Positions 54,175 through 61,227 of a DNA stretch of 63,920 nt are shown here, one piece after another. Source of the DNA: a virus; the IMG/VR virus record IMGVR_UViG_3300010222_000003, positions 1 to 63,920 of that record; one strand, 5' to 3'. The translations under genes and the position numbers were made by a program. The stretch's first letter is position 1; every line of letters starts with the position of its first letter. The notes under the pieces are model-generated. The model was not told the DNA's origin, did not search any database, and saw nothing but the letters and a program-made list of their open reading frames with translations.

Positions 54175-56106
54175 CTAATCTGATCCTCCTACGGAATTGA
54201 ATAGGGCGTGCTGCGCTATAAAGGTAGTTAACCGCTCTTCAAACTCTTCGCGCTCAGCTTCGAAGTCCCGATCATTGCCGCTGTCTTCGTCCGCAGCGCC
54301 GTCATGAATTACCGAGCCCCCCCGTTCGATCCGCAGGCCCGACAAGTCGCCTTCGTAACTCAAATCAGCGCCCGGGTCAATACGGAAGAGCCCATCCGAG
54401 TTACCAACCCACACCATTCCACCGGCCTGCTGGCCGTCGGGTTTGACGTAATCCGTGTCCGAAGCCGACTGATCCCCGTCGTAGTACATTCGGCCGCCGG
54501 AACACGCAAATTGATACCCGCGGGCTGTCCCATCGATGTCCTCCGATTCAATGGCAAACGCTTCAAGCACTTCGGCGTCTTCGGGAATCGTCGATTCGCC
54601 GCCGATTTCATCAATATCTACTTCGTCCCCATCGATCCGGACCGTAACCGGGTTATCAGCGTTAAACTCGGTGATTTCGCCAGTGTACGCGAAGGGGTCC
54701 TGTCCGAAACCGCCGCGTACCAGGCCTTCGACGCCCTTCATGTCGGGCATAATGCTGTCCGTACTTCCGAGCGGTTCGCCGCCCTCCGACGGCGGAATAA
54801 TCTGCCCGGATACACGGAAGTCGTAATTAGCATCCTGATCCGAGTCTACAATAACTTCGATCAGGTGGGTTTCCTGCGGGTCCGGCTCCGGTTCGGGCTC
54901 AGGCTCCGGTTCGGGCTCCGGTTCGGGCTCCGGTTCGATAACCTCGGTTTCGACCGGTATCGGCTGTCCGTTCAACCGCACACTGACGTTTTCCAGGCCC
55001 GCTTCGGTGCCGCGAAGGCGCACGTTATTGATATGCGGGTCGTGTTCGCTGATGACAGTGTATACGTCAGTGCCGCCTTCGACTTTCCCGGTAGCACTGT
55101 GTTCATCCTCAGCGATTTCGTCCCCATCACCGATGTTCGTCCGTTCCGTAGCTTTGACCCACCCCGAAACGTCTACCCAGTAGCGTACGACCTCCGAGGA
55201 ACCGCCCTCATCGTCTACGACAAAGCGGTGTTCACCGTCATTCTGTGCCGAGCCATAGCCCTGGCCCTTCGCCGCTTGTTCGGCATTCATCGGCACCCCT
55301 TCCGGCGGCGTCGGGTCCGGGTTCGAATCATACGACCCGTTTACCGTGGGTTCTTCCCACGTATCCATGTCCTCCGGGTCGCCGCTACCGCGGTGTGGCG
55401 GCGTAAAGATGTCCTGGCCGGCGTCGATGCTAACGTTCGACCCCAAGGTCACGTCCGGAACCTTCGGCAGAAGCTTCGCGTTATCTTCGTCATGGTCTCC
55501 GACCTGGATACCCTTGCCCGAATCCACAATGTCGATATTTTCGAGGTAGGTTCCCTGGCCGTACAAGTTCGCAATTGCTTTGACCCCACCAACCACGGTA
55601 ACGTTCTTTAGTTCGCAGTTATCAGCACCGACACGAAGGCCATACCCATCACAGTCGCGAACATAGACGCTATCACACCGGAAGATCCCCTGGCCGCCGG
55701 GCGTCTTCGGCCAGGCCACGTCCGCATTGCCCGGCGGAGACCCGTATAAACCGTGTGCGTCATGAATCGGACCCGGATAGTTCGTCGGACCCAAACTAAC
55801 GTTCTCAAAGATCAGTTCACCCTTATGCCGGGCGTTTACGAAACCGCCATGCGAAGTCAGTCCATCACCGACGTAAACATTCCGAACCAGCGTGTAGGCG
55901 TCTTCGTTGAAACAGCCGAAGTAGAAGATCCGCCCGTTATCATCGGGTACGGGGCCTTCGATACCGACGTTTTCGATCGTAGCATTCGGAGCGCGCGCGT
56001 CGATTTTAACACGTTCACCTTCGGCATAGATTTCCTTGTGGCCCCACGTTTCGCCAGGGCTCAGAGTATACTCGTATTCACCGCGGATAACTTCGTGTTC
56101 GGGCAT
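54175..56106 (-). CDS. Right-handed beta-helix (pectate-lyase-fold-like) protein with (EP)n linker
   Basis: 643 aa. The N-terminal half has repeated ...NV.V.G / ...ENV... beta-helix-like rungs, followed by [22 protein letters not shown] and a C-terminal domain. Confidence 0.6.
   Translation of the reverse strand: [643 protein letters not shown]
54881..54937. repeat. Tandem 6-nt repeat (GGCTCC/GGTTCG units) encoding the (EP)n linker
   Basis: Read directly: ...tccggctccggttcgggctcaggctccggttcgggctccggttcgggctccggttcg... Confidence 0.85.
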
Positions 56107-56132
56107 AGTCTGACGTGCTGAGCGCTACGCCC

Positions 56133-56369
56133 TTAATATTCCGACTTCGGCTTGGGGAATGCCCCAAGCCATGAGCGAACGAAATTGAACGCGACCCCCT
56201 GCGCTTCCCGAACGTTATGATCAGCCCCGTATGCCTTCCGGACACGATAGCCCGTGAAGGCAGGCTTAGCAGGCCCGCGGCGGGGAACCGACCGACGCAC
56301 GTTAGGGAAGACGATGAACCTACGCCACGCCGGCAAATTACAGTACATCGGCGGCGTATATAAACCCAT
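56133..56369 (-). CDS. Basic 78-aa ORF, doubtful
   Basis: No family recognised. A strong TTTATATA box lies inside its first codons, so the region may instead be the promoter/5'UTR of the head operon. Confidence 0.3.
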   Translation of the reverse strand: MGLYTPPMYCNLPAWRRFIVFPNVRRSVPRRGPAKPAFTGYRVRKAYGADHNVREAQGVAFNFVRSWLGAFPKPKSEY

Positions 56370-56417
56370 TGGTCCGCTACGAAGTAGCGGACAGGGGCCT
56401 TGCTTAGTTGGTTATTG

Positions 56418-56589
56418 CCGACCTACCAGATTAATTACTACTACTTTGCGGACTCAGGGCCTGAGTCCGCATTTTAGTTAATCTACCGGCAAAAGCTTCT
56501 GGGTAATTACGCCAGTTTTTGTTGCTACAAGAAGAGGGAATCAGGGCAACGAAAACCAGTGTAACGAACCAGAAACCTTTGCCGGTTCC
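56418..56589 (+). repeat. Structured intergenic element, copy D
   Basis: AT box 56418-56446, hairpin 56448-56470, and core enclosed by stem 56515-56525 / 56546-56556 (one U-G). Confidence 0.9.
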
Positions 56590-56590
56590 T

Positions 56591-56610
56591 GTGCGCTGCT
56601 GCGCAGCGCA
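56591..56610 (+). terminator. T1 hairpin copy (TGCGCTGC-TGC-GCAGCGCA) followed by TTT
   Basis: Immediately 3' of element D. Confidence 0.55.
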
Positions 56611-56619
56611 TTTGGTCCC

Positions 56620-56645
56620 GTGCGCTGAATAAACGTTCAACGCAC
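56620..56645. repeat. T2 palindrome copy 6 (GTGCGCTGAAT-AAAC-GTTCAACGCAC, degenerate)
   Basis: Two mismatches in the right arm. Confidence 0.75.
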
Positions 56646-56701
56646 ATGCCTGCGCTTCGCCGCCGCTTTTTTACCTTCCCGTGCGCTATGTAATAGCGCA
56701 C

Positions 56702-57187
56702 ATGCACTACGAAGGACACGCCGGGGCAACGCTACTACTGTATTCGGCCGGGTGGATCGGAGCAACATTACTGGAATACAGGCCGTCGGGCTGGATGCTC
56801 GGGGCGCTACTCGGTTGGGCATTACTCTGCGGCGTTGCCCCCGATATAGACAGTTACGTCAAAAACCAGTACTTGGGACACCGGACCGCAGCGCACACAC
56901 TTCTAACACCCCTGCTACTCGGTGCTGTCGGGTTTTTACTATTCGACACGGCAGGGCAGGGCTTCGGGATCGCCGCGGCACTGACGGCCTACAGCGCCGT
57001 TGTGTTGCACCTGGCGGTCGATACGATCAACCCGGCCGGAATCCCCTGGCTCTTCCCGCTAAACTTCCGCCGCTACAGCGCCCCCGAGCGCTTACAAGTA
57101 GACGCCACCAACCGCACGGCCAACCTTGTACTGTTTACAAGCGGCCTGATCGGCTTCGCCTTTGCGCTTGGGTACTGGGTTGTTTGA
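56702..57187 (+). CDS. YdjM-like membrane-bound metal-dependent hydrolase
   Basis: MHYEGHAG..., GVAPDIDSY, HRTAAHT, and several TM helices. Start taken at the ATG about 30 nt after a TTTTTTA box; the ORF track starts at GTG 56681. Confidence 0.65.
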   Translation: MHYEGHAGATLLLYSAGWIGATLLEYRPSGWMLGALLGWALLCGVAPDIDSYVKNQYLGHRTAAHTLLTPLLLGAVGFLLFDTAGQGFGIAAALTAYSAVVLHLAVDTINPAGIPWLFPLNFRRYSAPERLQVDATNRTANLVLFTSGLIGFAFALGYWVV

Positions 57188-57205
57188 AAAATTAGCCGCG
57201 GAACC

Positions 57206-57226
57206 GTGCGCTGCTGCGCAGCGCGC
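57206..57226. terminator. T1 hairpin copy between convergent genes
   Basis: GTGCGCTGC-TGC-GCAGCGCGC, between 56702-57187(+) and 57227-57469(-). Confidence 0.6.
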
Positions 57227-57469
57227 TTAGTGCTTCGAAATTGCCGGCCGCTCTTCCTTTTTCGCCCGGTGGTAGACGACACAGAAGATCCCTGCGGCCT
57301 GTAGCGACATGGCTACGGCGCTAAGAAACAGCGCGCCAGGGAAGCCGATTCCGAGATACAAGAGCGCCAAGAAGACGCCTGCTGGAAGCACCAAGTACAG
57401 GACTGTCAGTGCGGCCATTGCCAACCACGTCCCTGCTATCATACGCAGGTCGTTCGGGGTTAAGCTCAT
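57227..57469 (-). CDS. Membrane protein, hypothetical
   Basis: Start moved to MSLTPNDLR, giving an ATGA overlap with the upstream gene. Two or three TM helices. Confidence 0.55.
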   Translation of the reverse strand: MSLTPNDLRMIAGTWLAMAALTVLYLVLPAGVFLALLYLGIGFPGALFLSAVAMSLQAAGIFCVVYHRAKKEERPAISKH

Positions 57470-57732
57470 TCGTTGCCCCCGTAGACTTTCGGGTCCGTGT
57501 TTTTCGAGAACCGCCGAGCTTCGCGTTCTGCCGCCCGGACTTCGTTGAGACCATTCGCGCGGCTGTGTTCCATGCCCCACATTCGGACCGCGTGACCAAG
57601 AATCTCTGCCTGCGCCGCCAGGACTCGGTTCTGGCGGTCAATCGCCGCAGTGTTTCGGTCCATGGCCTCAGCTAACATGATCATTCCGTCCGGTTCTTCT
57701 GCCGCAGCGCCGTATTCGTCGGCTTCGTTCAT
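57466..57732 (-). CDS. Hypothetical protein
   Basis: 88 aa, preceded by promoter/leader cassette P3. Confidence 0.55.
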   Translation of the reverse strand: MNEADEYGAAAEEPDGMIMLAEAMDRNTAAIDRQNRVLAAQAEILGHAVRMWGMEHSRANGLNEVRAAEREARRFSKNTDPKVYGGNE

Positions 57733-57778
57733 GGGTTTTCGACCCAGTTGCCTAAAACAACGGCAAAGTAATAAACGC
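57730..57778 (-). promoter_or_regulatory. Promoter plus hairpin-leader cassette P3
   Basis: Minus strand reads TTTATTA-N22-TGGGTCGAAAACCC-ATGA. The leader is identical to P1/P2 while the spacer differs. Confidence 0.55.
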
Positions 57779-57804
57779 TTCGACCTGAGCCGAAGACTCA
57801 GGTC

Positions 57805-58575
57805 CTACGGCTCGTCGGCAACGGTACGGGGAACCGGAGCCACTGACGGACCTGGACCGCCAGAAACCACACCGCCAAATCCGCCGTCATTCGGACCGAA
57901 ACACGCCAAAAGCTGCGGGCCTTCTTCAAGCCGGTTGATATACAAGTCCGACGAACCGCATTCACACCGGCTTCCCGAACCCGCTTCCGCGGCTTCGAAG
58001 AACCGAACGGTCCTGTTACGCTGTTTCGGGTAACAGACGTACGGACAGTCCCGGCAGCCACACTTGAAGTGGGGCAAATGCTTCCCTTCGTACCGGTCCA
58101 TGTCGCTACAGCCGTGCGCCTTCCCCAACCACACAAACCGGGGGGTGTGAACGTGCGGAAGCCCCTGAATATGCAGATGGGAATGTATCAGTTCGTGCCT
58201 GATCGTTTCGCATATCTCGGACCATGTGCTCCGTTCCCGATGGATGTACTGGCGCTTCAACTTAATGTGACTACAGCGCCGCCGGCCATTATCCGAGTCA
58301 TGGCGCGGGCAGGCTACCGCCTTCGACCGCTTCAAACGGCCAGTAACTTCAAACGACACCCGATCCAGCGGAACATCCAGCAACCGGGTCTCCGACAAGA
58401 ACCAGGTGGCGTAATCGGAAACAGCGCCGGAAACAACCCGGTCGGACACGTCATTCGCCCCGTCAACCCCAGGGTTTGACCCCCGAACACCGGGTTCGAA
58501 GCCCCTGTGTTCGGTGGCGTATTGCTCGGGTGGGGCGTTGCCGGCCGAAACCCGGGCCGCCAGGTTCCCGTTCAT
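57805..58575 (-). CDS. SprT-like zinc metalloprotease
   Basis: HELIHSHLH (HExxH) plus C-terminal Cys pairs (CGCRDCPYVC ... CECGSSD). Start moved to MNGNLAARV (ATGA coupling). Confidence 0.6.
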   Translation of the reverse strand: MNGNLAARVSAGNAPPEQYATEHRGFEPGVRGSNPGVDGANDVSDRVVSGAVSDYATWFLSETRLLDVPLDRVSFEVTGRLKRSKAVACPRHDSDNGRRRCSHIKLKRQYIHRERSTWSEICETIRHELIHSHLHIQGLPHVHTPRFVWLGKAHGCSDMDRYEGKHLPHFKCGCRDCPYVCYPKQRNRTVRFFEAAEAGSGSRCECGSSDLYINRLEEGPQLLACFGPNDGGFGGVVSGGPGPSVAPVPRTVADEP

Positions 58576-58949
58576 TGTTCTTCCTCTTCGTCTCCGCCGA
58601 CTTGGGTCCAAACGGTAGCTTTCCCGCCGACCAACCAGGGCGACGATTCCGTATCCATCCCGTCAGAAGCGCGAACGGTGCCGCAGTCGGTAAACACTTT
58701 GACTCGGTGGTATTCCTCGGGGAAGTTCGTGGGTTCTTCTTCGAGTGCAACCAACTTGTGACCCCACTCGGGGTTTACTGCGTGTTCTTTCGCCGGCAGG
58801 CAAACAACCAACTCTTCGGTCATTTCGCGGGTCCCGTCGGGTTTTTCGTAGCTAATCCGAACGGGGTCGCCGCCCTCAAATTCGCGTTTAAACGCTTCAC
58901 TATCCAATTCGACAGCACGCCATTCGGCCGCAGGGTTTTCTTCCGTCAT
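58572..58949 (-). CDS. Hypothetical acidic protein
   Basis: Start taken at MTEENPAAE, directly after the conserved GGGTCGAAAACCC leader. Confidence 0.55.
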   Translation of the reverse strand: MTEENPAAEWRAVELDSEAFKREFEGGDPVRISYEKPDGTREMTEELVVCLPAKEHAVNPEWGHKLVALEEEPTNFPEEYHRVKVFTDCGTVRASDGMDTESSPWLVGGKATVWTQVGGDEEEEQ

Positions 58950-59000
58950 GGGTTTTCGACCCACTTGGGTAGAATACGGGGTAACTAATAAGTCTGTCGC
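58947..59000 (-). promoter_or_regulatory. Promoter plus hairpin-leader cassette P2
   Basis: Near-identical to 12987-13040 (two mismatches in about 55 nt by eye). Confidence 0.65.
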
Positions 59001-59019
59001 TTTGGTCTAATCCGCTGGC

Positions 59020-60153
59020 TTAGATCGGCGGACTGATCGGCTCTTCGTGGCCAGGTTTCCACCTGATCGACTCGACAACACCCAACCGAATGAACGAACC
59101 GGAGAAATCCGACGCCGAAACAGGGCCGTCAGTCGTAACGTCCTGGCGAACCAGGTTATCGACCAACACCTTCGCTTCGGACTCGGACAGTTCGTTCGTG
59201 TACTGGTACACGGGCCACTCTTCGGGCTTGTCCTGGTACATCCGAGCCACGAACACCCGGCTTCGATCAGCGTCATAGCCCCGGATTCCCAACCGCCCGC
59301 CGATGTCCGCCCCTGGGTCATAGTCCCGGACCGTGTTCAACACAACCCCCGAGCGGTTCTGTAAGCTTTCGGAGCGCTCCGAGTCATACAGCACGTCAAC
59401 CCGCGCGCCCTTTACAGGGTTGAACCGAGAAAACTCGGACTGTGCCGCCAGTTCCTCCGCCGCAACCTGGTACGCGTTGCCCGCGTTTTTGCCGGTCGGA
59501 GTGTAGTAGAACGCGCGCGATTCATGCAACCCGTGTTGTTCGGTGTAATCCAGGTCGAAGCCCGCGGCGGCCAGAACATCGTTCACCGCGGTTTGTTCGG
59601 CGGGCGACAAGCGCTGGTTGAACGTGACTACTGATCGGTCGCGGGTGCCGAAGTCGGCAACGCTGTTTACCCGCACGCTGTCGATGACTTCGGGGTCCGG
59701 AGTATTCTCGGTGGATCGGAGAATAATACGCATTGCCTCGGTAAGATCAGCGGGGCGGGCGTCTTCTACACCGCCGTCGGTCCGGATTTCGCGCGCTTCG
59801 CGCTGAGCCCCCACCGCAGCGCTTTCGAAGACGTACACGGCTTCGCCGAAGATCCCCGTATCATCCATATCATTGTTTTTTGCGAAGCCGCCGCTGTCGT
59901 TCGTCGCGGGTTTGTAGTAGTTCCCACTGTGGCAATAGATAACACCTGCGGAATCTCCGGTGGCCCGCACGGTTTCTTTTCGGGCGCTCCGGACAGCCGT
60001 TTTGGTGTGCCAAAATTCGGCCCGGATTTCGTCGCCTTCGGAAACATCGGCCGCTTGGATCGGCGAAGCCAGGTCGGAGCCGAAGTAATCCAAGCACATG
60101 GGGGCTGTTTGCGTTGCTTCTTCGTGTCGTTCTTTTTGTTCGGGTTCGGTCAT
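59020..60153 (-). CDS. Hypothetical protein
   Basis: 377 aa, the first gene of the leftward operon leaving the 60154-60605 control region. Confidence 0.6.
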   Translation of the reverse strand: MTEPEQKERHEEATQTAPMCLDYFGSDLASPIQAADVSEGDEIRAEFWHTKTAVRSARKETVRATGDSAGVIYCHSGNYYKPATNDSGGFAKNNDMDDTGIFGEAVYVFESAAVGAQREAREIRTDGGVEDARPADLTEAMRIILRSTENTPDPEVIDSVRVNSVADFGTRDRSVVTFNQRLSPAEQTAVNDVLAAAGFDLDYTEQHGLHESRAFYYTPTGKNAGNAYQVAAEELAAQSEFSRFNPVKGARVDVLYDSERSESLQNRSGVVLNTVRDYDPGADIGGRLGIRGYDADRSRVFVARMYQDKPEEWPVYQYTNELSESEAKVLVDNLVRQDVTTDGPVSASDFSGSFIRLGVVESIRWKPGHEEPISPPI

Positions 60154-60234
60154 CGTTTTACCTCGTATAAACTGGCGGGCCGGAAGCGTTTAAGCCTGCC
60201 GCCTTAAACGCGGAACCACAGCAGCGAAGAACGT

Positions 60235-60317
60235 GTCAACCAAGATCAGCTAACGTTAGACATAGCTGGTTGACGTATCAGCTAACTTTACGAAACGGTT
60301 TCGTTTAGCTGTTTGAC
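60235..60317. promoter_or_regulatory. Cluster of short repeats (GTCAAC / CAGCTAAC units) and a 15-nt palindrome in the divergent control region
   Basis: GTCAACCAAGATCAGCTAAC ... AGCTGGTTGAC GTATCAGCTAAC ... ACGAAACGGTTTCGT ... TTAGCTGTTTGAC, read directly. Confidence 0.5.
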
Positions 60318-60363
60318 ATGCGCCTTATAAACTGCCGGCAGAGGCCCGACGACATTGCTATTG

Positions 60364-60543
60364 CCGACCTACCAGATTAATTACTACTACTTTGGGGCCT
60401 TAGGCACTAAGGCCCCGGTTTCGTTAATCTACCGGCAAAGGTTTCTGGCTTATCAGGCCCATTTTGGTTGCTACAAGAAGAGGGATTCTGGTTCCCAGAA
60501 TCCGAGTCTATGAACCAGAAACTTTTGCTGGTTTCTAATGACC
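60364..60543 (+). repeat. Structured intergenic element, copy E (reference copy)
   Basis: AT box 60364-60393, hairpin 60394-60416, left arm 60431-60448, core 60461-60479, core hairpin 60483-60503, right arm 60514-60532. Confidence 0.9.
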
Positions 60544-60605
60544 CCGGTACTAAGCCGGCGGCGAAGAAGTTATAATCCGCGCGCTTCCAAAGGTAGTGTA
60601 GAACT

Positions 60606-61172
60606 ATGATGGAACCGATCGAAATACCCGACGACCCCAAACGCGCTGCGGAGGAACTGGCATTGCCGCGCCCGTACAAACAAATACAATACCGCCAGGT
60701 TGCGCCGTTTGAAGGCGAAAGGCTCCGCAAAAAGGCGGCATTGGCGCGTGCTATCATGTCAGAAACGGCAGCGCCGCGCGGTTTAACCACCGTCAGAACC
60801 GCCGTCGAAGGCGATCCGACCAACACACTGACGAAAGACTCGGCACACTACCTATTACAAGAAGACTTCCGTGGGTTGGAACCTGTAGAATCCGGACCAC
60901 ATTCACAGGCAGGGGCGGATGTATACGCTGTTTACGACCCCGCCGGCCCCGAAGTCTTAGCGCTCTTGTGCCGTTTATACAAAACGCTGCGGCGTTACGA
61001 AGTTAGTGAAATCACCGTCAAAGAAACTATCATCCAGAACTACGGCGTCGATCCAGCGCACGGCTCTAAAATCTTCGACACTGCGATCCGCGTCCCGCGG
61101 TATGGCGACTTTCTCCTTTTCGACCGGAAACCGCAGATACAACCGTTTGACAGCGGAAAATTCGGTCCGTAG
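60606..61172 (+). CDS. Hypothetical protein
   Basis: 188 aa. A TTATAA box lies about 30 nt upstream. The stop codon overlaps a T1 hairpin. Confidence 0.6.
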   Translation: MMEPIEIPDDPKRAAEELALPRPYKQIQYRQVAPFEGERLRKKAALARAIMSETAAPRGLTTVRTAVEGDPTNTLTKDSAHYLLQEDFRGLEPVESGPHSQAGADVYAVYDPAGPEVLALLCRLYKTLRRYEVSEITVKETIIQNYGVDPAHGSKIFDTAIRVPRYGDFLLFDRKPQIQPFDSGKFGP

Positions 61173-61192
61173 TGCGCTGCGAAGCAGCGCAC
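61172..61192 (+). terminator. T1 hairpin copy (GTGCGCTGC-GAA-GCAGCGCAC)
   Basis: Perfect stem overlapping the stop of CDS 60606-61172. Confidence 0.6.
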
Positions 61193-61227
61193 GGAACCTT
61201 TTTATGACGCCGGCAGGTTATAATAGT

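Noticed and set aside
54304-55611. Long antisense ORFs (for example 54304-55611, 39793-40923, 16365-17156, 3284-3784, 12270-12890, 47906-48517).
   Set aside because: They are Arg/Pro/Phe-rich, low-complexity and lack motifs. Each lies opposite an ORF with clear motifs or natural acidic composition. These are typical shadow ORFs of a GC-rich genome.
56521-56556. The core GTTGCTACAAGAAGAGGGAATCAGGGCAAC(GAAAAC) looks like a 30-nt CRISPR repeat (GTTGC...GCAAC termini).
   Set aside because: There is no repeat-spacer periodicity anywhere; the units are solitary and tens of kb apart. It does not match the haloarchaeal type I-B repeat I remember (GTTTCAGACGAACCCTTGTGGGATTGAAGC). A solitary repeat-mimic (RNA anti-CRISPR) role cannot be excluded without comparing it to host repeats.
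60512-60543. Hammerhead-like fragments in the elements (CTAATGA plus GAAAC).
   Set aside because: The box reads CUAAUGA rather than CUGAUGA, so the essential G is missing. Copy D lacks the box, and no three-helix junction can be drawn.
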